A DNA stretch of 63,798 nt, filler included, from Reticulomyxa filosa (lineage: Eukaryota > Protista > Foraminifera): the NCBI GenBank assembly GCA_000512085.1. It is 27 parts of 27 records of this genome, joined end to end, with 100 filler letters (N's around TTAATTAATTAA, not from the genome) between each part and the next. Parts side by side here need not be neighbours in the genome. Positions count along the whole stretch, not along the records: positions 19,763 to 31,943 come from ASPP01004572.1; positions 32,044 to 33,078 come from ASPP01018469.1; positions 33,179 to 34,481 come from ASPP01028942.1; positions 34,582 to 37,767 come from ASPP01037540.1; positions 37,868 to 39,684 come from ASPP01024062.1; 22 more parts are not named here. One strand, given 5' to 3'. Of the stretch, positions 26,199-37,904 are shown piece by piece; the stretch's first letter is position 1; every line of letters begins with the position of its first letter. The translations under genes were made by a program, and so were the position numbers. The notes beneath the pieces are model-generated. The model ran no database searches, was not told the DNA's origin, and saw only the letters and a list, made by a program, of their open reading frames with translations.

Positions 26199-26663
26199 TT
26201 TTAACTTCTTTTTGCTTTGATGATGAACGATGAAAAATGTTTGAACTTTTTTAAAAAAAAATCATTGAAGGAAGGGTTAAAAAGTACTTTGAAGACGTTG
26301 TTTTATTAATTTGTTGAAAACAGAGTTCTAAGGTTTTGAGAAGCTTTTTCTTTCAAAATTCTTCAGTTAAAAAAGACTTACGATACATTAATCAAATTAT
26401 TAATTTAAATTGATTTATTTGTATGTAGGCTATTGTGAACTTGCAAAATGTTACTTTCGAGTTCTACTGTTATTTCTAATTATAGTATCAAGTTAGTGAA
26501 AAGAAAACAGCACATTCTTTTATTCGTTTGACTGTTGTCATATTTCGTAAAGATCTTTTGATATGGCCAATGTCTAATGAGAGAAACACTCAAAATACTT
26601 ATGTTAATTGGTATAAAAAACATTTCATTGAAAAAAACAAACTTTTTATTTTGGAAAAAGAGA

Positions 26664-28030
26664 CTATCCCCAAATATGAATTAGACCTTTGTCTAAACCG
26701 TAACACAAATTAATACCATAACTATTATCATTATTTCTTTTGCTGTTTTTTTTAATTGCAAAAATTTAAGGCAATTTATTCTATAATCTTCTTTATTATC
26801 TCCTTTAATAATATGCAATTCACTCTTATTTGATCGAATGTCCCAAAAACGAATTGTACCATCATCTGATCCAGAACATATTACGTTTGAATTGCCACCA
26901 ATTTCAATATTATTTACTACAAATGGTGAATATTCAACGGTCCGCACACAACTTATATGTCCATTGAACACTTGAGTTTGTTGACCAGATCGAATATCCC
27001 ACAAACGAACACTTTTATCAAATGATCCAGACAGTATTGTATTCCCTGATTCATTTGGTTCATATTTTACACTATTAATCCAATGCGTATGTCCTTCAAA
27101 CATAATGGATTGTTTAGTTGTTTCAATATCCCATATTCGAATAGTTTTATCATCTGATCCAGAACAAATAGTATATCCATTACCGCCAATTACACCAATA
27201 TTGTTACTTTTATTGTCGTTATTGCCTTGCAATGGTGAAATATCGACACACCAAACACAATGTTCATGCCCATTGAAAATATGTAAAGATTTAGATGTTT
27301 CAATATCCCATAAACGAATAGTTTTGTCATCAGATCCAGAACACAAATATCTACCACTATTAAATGGTGAAAATTCAATGCCATTGACACAACTATTGTG
27401 TCCATTGAATACTTGCAATTGTCGATTATGTTTGATATCCCAAAAACGAATAGTTTTGTCAACTGATGAAGAACAGACGACGCTACGATGATTGTTATGA
27501 TGATAATATTGTGAAAATTTCACACAACATACCCAATCTGAATGTCCATTAAATGATTGAATTTGTTTATTTGTCTCAATATCCCATACACAAATTATTT
27601 TATCTTCTGATCCAGAACAAAGTAATTGACAATCATCAAGTATTAAATAATCAATACTCCACACAGTTTTAGTGTGTCCACTAAAAGTTTTAAGTAATTT
27701 GGATAATGAACGAAATACCTCAAACATGAAGAAGTCAGTTGCCTGTATTAAAATTATCAACATAACAATATGTATTTGTCATTGAATAAAACAAAAAAAC
27801 AACTTAACATATTTGACAACAAATCTGTCAAAATCCTGGATCCATCCTAATTTAATTTTTGATACTCGGATCCAATATTGGATAATTGTTTGAATCTCTT
27901 CTTCTGACTGACTCTATCACAAAACACATACATGAATACAATAATCACCAAAAGACAACAACTTCTTTCTGAATGATCTTACCAATGCTTGTTTTATTAG
28001 AGTTTTTTCTTCATTAATTAAAGTAGTCAT
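26664..28030 (-). CDS. WD40 protein, tandem copy 4
   Basis: 356-aa WD40 ORF. Box exon EEEIQTIIQYWIRVSKIKLGWIQDFDRFVVKY. The family-typical end LCYGLDKGLIHIWG* is reached via a homopolymer frameshift near 26750. Confidence 0.9.
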
Positions 28031-28186
28031 TCATTCAGTAGTCTTTTGAGATTGAACTTTTTTATGTCAAAATTAACAAAGAATTACCAAAACACTTTGA
28101 TTTTGATGTTATGAGAGCTGGGCTTATGAATATTTATGAAATAAAAATCATATTTCAGATTTTAATTTTGCTTCTTTAAAATTTAT

Positions 28187-28408
28187 TCATATACTACATT
28201 TCATAATAATTTTATCAAAATCCTCAATCCATCCCATTTTAATTTTTGATATTCGAATCCAGTGTTGGATAATTACTTCGATCTCTTCTTCATCTAACTG
28301 ATTTAAGTACAATAAAAAATCAAGATAATCAACTTTTTGAAAGACTGAAATTGAGCTTACCACTGCCAGTTGCGTTGAATTCGGCTTTTTATCACTAAAA
28401 GTATTCAT
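28187..28408 (-). pseudogene. Truncated fifth WD40-family copy (leader and box exon only)
   Basis: MNTFSDKKPNSTQLAV|GTAAG...LDEEEIEVIIQHWIRISKIKMGWIEDFDKIIMKCSI*; no WD40 exon follows. Confidence 0.8.
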
Positions 28409-28443
28409 TCTTTCAACCTTTTTGTTTTTCTCTCTGAGATTAT

Positions 28444-28492
28444 CTTCGATGATGTAAGATGAATGATGTTTGGACTTTTTTATATCAATTTT
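28444..28492 (-). promoter_or_regulatory. Conserved upstream motif of the WD40 family (candidate promoter / 5' UTR element)
   Basis: Plus-strand gatgatgtaag...gtttggacttttttatatcaa. Related copies lie upstream of other family members at ~22056-22100, ~26218-26255, ~28052-28072, ~43128-43150 and, reversed, ~55187-55235. Confidence 0.55.
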
Positions 28493-28944
28493 AAAACGAA
28501 AGAATTTTTAAAATATTTTGAAAAAATCAAAAATAAAATTGACAAATTTGCAATATGATCCCTTAATTGAGTTTAATTTGTGTCTGTTAACAGTTCTTGC
28601 AATTTGTATTTTATGTGTAGATTTCATACCGTGGTAATTAAAAAAAAGATTCCAAAAGCGGAGCTATGTGATCAGACAAGAAAAAAAAAACGTGCATACG
28701 TCATCACGGTTGCCAAATCATCGGTCATCCAAATGAAAACTTGTATTCGAACAAGATCATTTACGTTTGAAATTTTAAGATGTTTTTTTTAAACTGATTT
28801 TGGTTTATGAAAAATTTGTATTTTTATCAACAGTATTTGCAACAAAAAAAAATTTTGTAGATAACCCTGAGTTTTTTTGTTAAACTTGTCTTTGCTTTGT
28901 TTTTTTTCGTCTACAATTAAAGAAGCGTTTCTTTTGTTCTAATC

Positions 28945-29957
28945 ATGAGTCAAAAAACTGAAACTAAATCTGGAAAACCCTTGGTTGTGATTACGGGTGC
29001 TTCCAGTGGAATTGGAGAGGCCTGTGCACGTCTCTTTAACAAAGAAGGATATCCTTTATTGTTGTTAGCTCGTAGCAAAGATGATATGGAAAAAAAATTT
29101 GGTAAAATGGAGAATGTTATGATATCTGAAGTTGACGTATGCGAGCATCATGATATATGTTCTGCTTTGGAAAAAGCAGAAAAATCGTATGGTCCATGTT
29201 GTTGTTTAATCAACAATGCAGGACTATTATTGCTTGGAAAAATGGTATGCATACTCACTTCTTTTTTTTTTTTTTTATTCAGCCTCAATCAGTAATGTAC
29301 ACATACAAAAAAAAAATTGTAACAGGAAGAACAAGATTTAGGAGAATGGAAAAAGATGATGGATGTGAATGTTTAGTAATTTTCCTTATTTGGATCTTTT
29401 TTTTGTTGACCATTTTTTTTTGTTTTTTGTTTTGTCACTGCTTGAAAATGAAATTGGGAAAAATAGGTAGGTGGTGTATTGCATGGCATCAAATGCGTGT
29501 TGAAAACCATGAAAGAGCATAAATGTGGAACTATTATTAACATTTCTTCACTTGCAGCAAAACGACATTGTGAAAATCAAACAATGTATTGTGCAACAAA
29601 GGCTGCAGTTCATGCAATTACCGAAGGAGTTCGAAAGGAGGTTGCTATGTGTGGAGTCAAAGTCACCACAATTTCTCCAGGACTTGTAGAGGTCAAATAA
29701 AATCTCGTCTTTTTTTTTTCTGTGTGTGTTTGCGATATGTACAACATTATAAATAAAAAAAAAAAAAAATAGACTGAATTAATGGAGCCAAATAAAAACA
29801 AAAAAGAGTATGAAGATTTTCTGAAAAGAAAAAAAAGATGCCTGATGGCATATTGAAGCCTGAAGACATTGCTAATGCTTGTTTGTATGTTTTCAAATTG
29901 CCTAAGAGAGTGTGTATTCGCGATCTTGTAATCGCACCAACCAATCAGACTACTTAA
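28945..29957 (+). CDS. Classical short-chain dehydrogenase/reductase (probably NADP-dependent), 4 exons
   Basis: VVITGASSGIG, LLARS, NNAG, IINISS, YCATK (YxxxK), ISPGLVETE. GT-AG introns at ~29244-29325, ~29372-29466 and ~29692-29772. One poly(A) frameshift near 29830. TAA stop at 29955-29957. Confidence 0.93.
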
Positions 29958-30889
29958 AATGATGGTTGGGAAAATGACAAAAAGTAGCTTTTAATGTTCA
30001 ATTAATTATAGAGAGCTATATCTCTTATCATCAAATAAATAAATTGTTATCGCAAAAAATCTCTTTTTAAAAACAAAATCAGTCCGATTCAATTTTTTGG
30101 CAAAATTATGTAATGAAATACGAATTATAATAATTCAGCAAAAATATTTTTATAAAAACATTATTTTGTCCAAAAAGAACATTTTCATTTTGTTTTATTA
30201 ACAATGGTCAAGAAATGGCGTTTGAAGATAATCGATTTTCTGTGTGAAAAATCAAAATTTTTTTAAAATTTTGTTTAAAAATATCTACGGATCTCAAGTG
30301 TTTCAAAATGCATTTCATTTTTTCTACATCTTTGTTAGTTACAAATATTTATATTATTTTTTACAACGTTTTGTTTTGAACTTTTAATTTAGCTAATTTT
30401 ATATGGTTTTCATTTTTGCAAATTTGTTTTATTTATTGTTGTTAACATTTTGCTTGATGCTATTATTTTTATTATTATTTAAAAAATCATTAATTATAAT
30501 TGCAAAAAAAGGAATAAAAATCTTTGTAATTGGCAAAAAAATTGTAGAAATAAATTTTGTAAGCAGTTGAAAATTTGAATATTTTTTTAAACAAAAAAAA
30601 ATTTGAAAAAATATTGATTTTTCAATAGAAAATATATCATCTTCATAAGGTGCCATTTTCGTGTGATATAAAGGTTAAAAGGATCTAGAGTAAATTACCT
30701 TAGTGTCAGCTATGATTCATACTGTGTGATTTACACCATACTCTCACAAATTGATAGAAAGTGTTAAGACTACGATTATATTGGATCAAAATACAAATGG
30801 AGCATGGATATTCTAAAGAAAAAACAAAAAAGCATTTCGAAGTAAAATAAAAACATTTTCACGTCTTTTTTTTTTGGATAGTTTATAAA

Positions 30890-31905
30890 TCACGATACAA
30901 CAGCGACATTATTGTGTTGTTGCTTTTTGCTAGCAATGGCCGACTGTGTAAAAAACTGTAAATACTGAACAACCCTCAACACCTTGTCATGATTTCCATC
31001 ACAGAAATTGATAAGTGCCTTATGTTGAAGTAGCAACTTAAGCAGAAGTGACAAGTGATGTTCGGTCATGTTGTGGACTTTGTTCCACAAAATGATGCGT
31101 TGTAGCATTAGCGGGAGACTGTTATGCAAATGGCAGTACTTGAGTGCCAGAGCATAGCATTTGAGTATTTCATTGTGGCTCCACTTTTCATTGGAAGAGT
31201 ACTTTAAGACATGATTCAAGTGCACGCGCAGCTGAGTGAACAGAGTATCATCATACAAGTCCAATTGATGCAGTGACTGCAGCAATGACAAGACTTGGTC
31301 GTAATTTAGATTGGGTTTGGTGAAGCTTTGAACCGAGTCCAATTGACGTACAAGCAATCGACTGCTCAAAATTTTCAACATGTGATGAGGTATGCCAAAC
31401 ATATCCAATCCCCTTTGGCCACTCGCTTTATGTTTAAACGTACAGCTTTGCAAAATTACAATGATATCGTCGGCCAACACGAGCGTGTTCGAATGCACAG
31501 TATATTGTTGAGCCTCAATCAACTCACTCAGACGTTGCATCACACTGTGTTTACCACCATTAAACCACGCCGACAATGGATTATTGTCGACATTGGTCTG
31601 TGTCTGTCCCATATATTCCACTCGCATCTCTTCCAAGTCTTGATAGTTGGCATTGGAAAATGCCCACAACACAATGCCCAAGCTTCGTCCATCCATGAGT
31701 TTCATGGACTGCTGCATTTGCCCGAGTATACGTAGTATGTGCTTGCGAAATATTTTCTTGTCTTTGCCGGCAAAGTGCGGCTGTGCAAGAGCAATGCTCC
31801 AAATCACATTCGCACAATCATTTGGCCTTGCATCCGGTAGCGTAAACTCATTACAAAAATCGTGTAGCAATTGTAGCCAAAACTTTTCGCTTATATTAAG
31901 CGAGC
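30890..31905 (-). CDS. Helical-repeat protein (OPR/FASTK-like), 3' part
   Basis: 326-aa ORF. ARPNDCANVIWSIA and MDGRSLGIVLWAFS resemble the OPR 'x.pq.lsN.lWa.a.l' pattern. Confidence 0.45.
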
Positions 31906-31912
31906 TATATTT

Positions 31913-31943
<31 letters not shown>

Positions 31944-32043
31944 NNNNNNNNNNNNNNNNNNNNNNNNNNNNNNNNNNNNNNNNNNNNTTAATTAATTAAN
32001 NNNNNNNNNNNNNNNNNNNNNNNNNNNNNNNNNNNNNNNNNNN

Positions 32044-33078
32044 ACAATGACAATGACAATGGCAACGATGGTGATGATAATGATGCTGACAATGACAACG
32101 ACAACGACAACGACAACGATGAAAATGATGAGAATGAGAATAAGAATGAAAGAAAAGAAGGAAAGGAATCAAAAGGTAGGGATGGCAAACATTTTTCGAA
32201 AAAGCCCAAAAAAGCCACGATTCTGTCAATACACGACGCGGTGACGCCCTTTTTGCAGTTCGATTACGAAGAGCAGCTCAGAGGAAATACCAATTCGTAA
32301 CTTGGGAAATTCAGAAATTTCGAAAACAGTTGTTTAATAAAAAGAAATTCAACATTGATTTTTTGAAATGGTTGCCAGAAAAGTTAATTAATTTTTTTTT
32401 TTTTTTTTTTTTGTGGGCCCCCTGTCCCCCTCCCTTCTCTTACACACACGTACATATTGTATTTACAACCTGCACTATACTATATAATGGAGGAGGTTTT
32501 CAAACCTTGGGTCTCCTTTCCCGATTTTAACTCACTTCTGCACTTGAACAGGACCAGCAGGACCTGTCCGCTGACTGGCATTTTGGCGAGTCCAAAGAAA
32601 AGCAACTATCGAAACAAAGATGAGTTGTCCATTGGACACGACTATAACAAACAAATTGCTGTGGGATTTCAAATGGGAAGGTATTGTGAAGGACGAACTG
32701 TCATTGAAGTTGATTATTCTCAATTGCAACTTGCAACTTGAAACTTGCAATAACAACTATATTTAATAATAATAATAATAATAACAACAACAAAAAAATA
32801 ATAATAATAATAATGATTTGATCTTTTGGAATTTGTTAATGCTTTGCTCAAAAAAAAAAAAAAAAAAAAGCGACAAAATAATGATATTTCTTCGCAATAC
32901 AATATAGGGGTGCCAAGATTGTGTGCATATCCACCAAGTCACAAAAGTAATCGCAAAGGCCATGGAAAAAATGGTTGCGTCGCAGTTGGCGAGTAATGAC
33001 AAGTGCTTTCCTTACATCAAGCAAACACACTCTGGCGTATTTCGTAAAGTCATTGTTCGAAATTCTTTCCATTTCAAG
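32044..33078 (+). CDS. TRMT2A: tRNA (uracil-5)-methyltransferase TRMT2A/Trm2-like, internal fragment
   Basis: HDAVTPFLQFDYEEQL, CPLTGILASPKKSNYRNKDELSIG, AVGFQMGRY, CVHI, HSGVFRKVIVR in the expected order. Two introns and an apparent frameshift near 32285. Confidence 0.8.
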
Positions 33079-33178
33079 NNNNNNNNNNNNNNNNNNNNNN
33101 NNNNNNNNNNNNNNNNNNNNNNTTAATTAATTAANNNNNNNNNNNNNNNNNNNNNNNNNNNNNNNNNNNNNNNNNNNN

Positions 33179-33397
33179 TCTCAATTTTCAGATAAGAAAA
33201 GATTAAGTGGATGGAAGGAAGATTATGAATCTCCAAAAAAGAAAAGTATTGAAAATGAATTAAACAAATGGAAGATACAAATACGATTGGAACAAGACAA
33301 AAAAAGTCTAGCTGTGTGGTATTTGAATGAAGAAGATGTTCAATTGTTTTTTGAAACAGTACCTCAAGGTGAAGACTGTTTACGAGTGAGATATTAA
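33179..33397 (+). CDS. 3' end of a hypothetical gene
   Basis: Open frame ...ENELNKWKIQIRLEQDKKSLAVWYLNEEDVQLFFETVPQGEDCLRVRY*. Confidence 0.4.
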   Translation, partial: SQFSDKKRLSGWKEDYESPKKKSIENELNKWKIQIRLEQDKKSLAVWYLNEEDVQLFFETVPQGEDCLRVRY

Positions 33398-34481
33398 ATG
33401 GAAAATTTAAAGAAAATAAGAGTTGTCATTGGTTTATTTCATTTAGTAAAAACATGAATGCATTTTTTTCTTTTAATTTGTTGGAGTTTTTTTTGAAGAA
33501 TTAAATGATTCGTTTTCTTTGATACTAAATCTACAATTTATGTGACAGTTATCCATACATTTAAGAGAAACAATAATTCATATGATATGTTTAAAAAAAT
33601 TGGTCATTTAGAAGAAATTTTATGTCCACTTTGTCTTTAAAAATTCACAAATCCTTGCCTTTTGTCCATATTTTATTATTTTCTATAAATGGTAATTTTT
33701 AATTGTCAATTTTTTTTTGTCGATGAATCATCCATTTTTTTGACACCCTCGTTTGAAAAACTATCCAGTTTGCCAACAACATTTCAGCGCGGAATGTGTG
33801 GTGATTGGAAATTACGAACTCGTAATTTGTGGTGGTTTTGAAAATCGACAATGTTATTCATATCACATGGCCAAAGATCAGTATAAGCCAATCTGTGATT
33901 ATCCAATGAGTGTTAAATTGCACGGACATTGTGTGTAAAACTTGTGAGCAATAAGAGCACAGATACAATTACTTTATTTTCTTTTGGTGGATCGCCAAAT
34001 GAAAAAAGCATACGTTGATAACACAATTGTCTCAGTTTCTGAAGATCCTATTTTTAAACTGTATTTATTCCATTCATATATCATTTACATAAACTAAACT
34101 TAAGAATTTTTTTTTTCATCGACAAAAAAAGATTGACAATTAAAAGAATGCCATTTATTGAAAACAATACAAAAATATGGATAAAAGGCAAGAATTTGTG
34201 AATTATTTAAAGATACAGTTTTCATCAAAAATTGGACATAAAGTTTCTTCTGAATGACTAATTTTTTAAAAATCATATCATATGAATTATTGTTTCTATT
34301 GTCATTACCTTCAATGCATGGATAACTGTCACATAAATAGCAGATTTAGCATCAAAGAAAACCAATCATTTAATTCTTCAAAAAAACTCCAAAAAAAATG
34401 ATTAATGTTTTTGTTAAACGAAATAAATCAGTGACAGCTCTTACTTTCTTTAAATCTTCATTTAATATCTCACTCTTAAAC
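33378..34481. repeat. Long imperfect inverted repeat, arms 33378-33727 and 34115-34481
   Basis: The reverse complement of 34115-34481 aligns along its whole length (gtttaAgagtgagatattaaatg...aattgtcaat.ttttttgtcgatgaa) with 33378-33727, with substitutions and small indels. Confidence 0.9.
33723..34020 (+). pseudogene. Kelch-type beta-propeller gene, 5' fragment
   Basis: ECVVIGNYELVICGGFENRQCYSYHMAKDQYKPICDYPMSVKLHGHCV, then frameshifted ITLFSFGG. Homologous to 39785-39957. Confidence 0.8.
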
Positions 34482-34581
34482 NNNNNNNNNNNNNNNNNNN
34501 NNNNNNNNNNNNNNNNNNNNNNNNNTTAATTAATTAANNNNNNNNNNNNNNNNNNNNNNNNNNNNNNNNNNNNNNNNNNNN

Positions 34582-36590
34582 ATTTGGCAGAGATTTTGCA
34601 AAGTATGATTGGAAGAAAATTGTGGACCGGTGCAGCAAAAATGAATGGGAATACGCGAAGTCACAAGGATTTATGACCCACGACCAGTTGTTGGGAACGT
34701 ATACTGATGAAGTGGAGGAGGAAAAACAAAGACAACGATTCTGTAGCGTTAGGCAATAAGTATGCGGATAAAGCAATCAATAAAGAAAAAGAGCGACGTA
34801 ATGATTCAGGATTTAGGTTTAGGAATGATAAAGGTCAAACATTGAATGACACATATTGGATTGTGGAAGAGCCCCAAGTATCAACGCATGAGTTGGCGAG
34901 TTGGGAGCGAAAATCGCAGATGCAGGAAATGGTAACAGAGATGACGACGGATCATGCGGAAGCAAGAGGGAATCAAAACCTGGAAGAAATGATTAGAGTA
35001 GTAACTAACGATATGACAGAGATGACAGTGCATAAAGCTGAAATGTTGGCTGCGCAAGAATAAAAATGGAAGTGTTAAAACATCATGCGGCATCAGACCA
35101 TTACCCAATAAAATGCAGATTTGAACAAAGTGAAACTGGAAATGTAAGTCCAAGGAGATTACATGTACCATATCACTGTAGGGTAAGTAATGAAACAAAC
35201 CGAATTCAAAGTGCCGTTAAAGCGTTCGTGGAAGTAAAGAGGAAGGAGAATATGGATGATAAAACGGTAAAAGAGTGATATATTGGAAGAAATAAATGGA
35301 GAGATCCAAAAAAATGAACATTGATCCGAAAGTGTAAATGAATTAATAGAAAGGTACCAAAGTGAGCAACAAAAACAAAGCCACAAGGAGGTGGAAAGAT
35401 TACTGAACAAAATACAAGAACAACACAAAAAGAATAATGACTTGAGGTATACAAAAGAATTAGGCTGGAGGGTAAAGGGAAGTGGTTCCCGGTATACGAT
35501 GAAGGAGAAATAGTAGTCCAGCAAAGCGAAAAGATCAGAGTGATATCAAAATACTACGAGAAATTGGATAAGGAAGATGATAGTATCGAACAAAAATTGC
35601 ATAACAAAGTCAGAGAAAGATACGTGGAAATTATGGCCACCACAGGAGAAGACAAAAGTGACTATAAAACCATAGCGGAGGAGATTGGTAGCAGCACAGA
35701 AACTCAAGACGCACAAAGCGATTTTTTTTTGGACTGCATACCGATTTGGTGTGGCATGAAGGACTTATAGTTAAATTGGAAGATATATGCATAAGAGGGA
35801 AAGTCCTGGGACTGATAAACTGCCTGCTAAGTAATGGTAGTGTGATACTAGATATAGATAGATATTATGGGGATCCGATCCCGGTCAAAAAGGGAAATGG
35901 ACAATGAAATTCAACAAGCACCACTGTTTAATGTATGTCAATGACTTGATCAATGAGATAAACAACACATCAAAATACCATGACATGTATGTAGAAGTAA
36001 CGCCAAAATGCCTAATGTGTGCAGATAATCTGATTACCTGGGCAGACTCCGTAGAATAAGTGGATAGGATACTAACTAAAATATGAGAATATTGTAACAA
36101 ATGGGAGCTTCAATTGAATTTGTAATCAGAATTAAAAAAAGAAAGGACAACAAATGTAACATCAGAAGTAAAATGAAGGATGTAACGGAATTTAAATATC
36201 TTGGAGTGTGAATAGATGCGAAAACTGGAAGTTGGAACAAGCAAGTAAATCAATTGATCAAGAAGCTCAAAGACCTATACATAATGTCGTGTAACAAAGG
36301 AATCCTGGGAGGGTCACTAACGGTAGACTTACAACTAAAATCCTACAAAACAGTGGTTAGGCCCATGATGGAGTACGGAATGCAGACGTTGCGGGTGACT
36401 GCCACCCAAATGAAACGATTGGAAACAATTCAACATAAATACCTGACAAAAATAGTGTGAACATATATAACTACGAGACACTCTCTTTCTCTTCAAAGTG
36501 GTTGGAATGCAACAAATTACGAATTCCGTATTTAAGAAGATGCACATCAATAAACCAAATAATAATTGAAGTATAAGACACAATCTTAAA
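34582..36590 (+). mobile_element. Decayed non-LTR retrotransposon (LINE) ORF2: AP-endonuclease end plus internally deleted reverse transcriptase
   Basis: SDH motif (ASDHYPI, ~35093), KSPGTDKL (~35801), YVNDLINEIN, LMCADNL (the YADD position), FKYLGV (~36191), YKTVVRPMMEYG. Many stops. Confidence 0.88.
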
Positions 36591-37102
36591 ACCAGAAAAA
36601 CGCGCTTTTTAGCAAAGCAACAAAATAATGTAAATTGCCAACAAATTCACAATTGTACAAAGACTTACTTTATTTAAACAAAAGGTGCTTTCACACAACA
36701 AAAAAATCGCTTGACAACTTTAGACTGTTCCACCTTTTCAAAATTAGATGTATGGTCAGTTTTCAGATGTGAAAACACAATCTGTCTTTAGTAACAAACT
36801 CTTTTTGTGTTTCCTTCTCAAAAAGAAAAATGTATCATGATTGTATAGGAACCTTTACTTCCCATAAAAGAAATCCACCAATTAAAAAATATCACATAAC
36901 AGCAAAATGAGATAGATAATACAATTGTCATAGTTTTTCTATTTTATAATTTTAGTATAGCAATCACTAAGAAAAGCTTAAAAGCTACGTGCAGTCAATT
37001 ATTTCATATTAAGTCTTCGCGTTTGCACGTTCAGTGAGATTATTTTCTCTTTTCATAAAAAGTAATCCAGCTCAAAAAAAATTAAGACAATTAGCAAAAA
37101 AA

Positions 37103-37632
37103 ATGAATCAAAATGATTTCAGTGGATTTGGTGACACTGAAGATGAAAACAAAGACCATTCGACAAGCGGACATCCGTTTGACTCGGACAACACGACGGA
37201 AGGACTTTTGAATAATGGTAACACAGCAACGATGACCAATTATTCTATTTGGGTGGGCAGGGAAGAACTTGATCCAAATGTCGACAACTCCTATTCAGGG
37301 TATTGGGCAGACTACTCTTCTACCATCAATGGCGTCAATGTGCAATCTGACCTCTTTCAAACAACGGCCAAAGAGAGCGACGTAGGAATGACTCCCTTTT
37401 GCAAATGGATATGATGGAAAGAGAATCTGTTCGCGTTGATTCACCAACAGAAAACGTTTCCACGCACACACGTATGATTTCACCTCCTCCAATCGCAGAT
37501 ACCCCCAATATCATTCACATTGACGATGCTGCGGCCAATGTAACGCAATCAAATCACACATTGCATACTTCAGAAGATGCTGCCAATGTCCAGACTGCTT
37601 TTTTTGATTCATTTGCTCCGACTGACTACTGA
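37103..37632 (+). CDS. Hypothetical protein, 5' part (possible frameshift near 37400)
   Basis: ORFs 37034-37414 and 37399-37632 are continuous in composition and followed by a poly(T) intron-like tract. Confidence 0.4.
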
Positions 37633-37904
37633 CTATAACATGACCAATCAATTTGTTTGTTTTTTTTTTTTCCTCTTACTTTTTTGTGAAAGAGAGTTTG
37701 GGATGACGCAACATCGCATTTCGATTTTTTTTTTTTTTTTTTTTTGTTTTTTTTTTTTTTTTTTTTTNNNNNNNNNNNNNNNNNNNNNNNNNNNNNNNNN
37801 NNNNNNNNNNNTTAATTAATTAANNNNNNNNNNNNNNNNNNNNNNNNNNNNNNNNNNNNNNNNNNNNAAATAAATAAATAGGATAAATAAATGTATAATG
37901 TATA

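Noticed and set aside
20767-27491. Conserved antisense and alternate-frame ORFs over the WD40 genes (e.g. 22869-23123, 25268-25594, 27105-27491)
   Set aside because: These are shadows of the conserved sense-strand codons, with no independent support.
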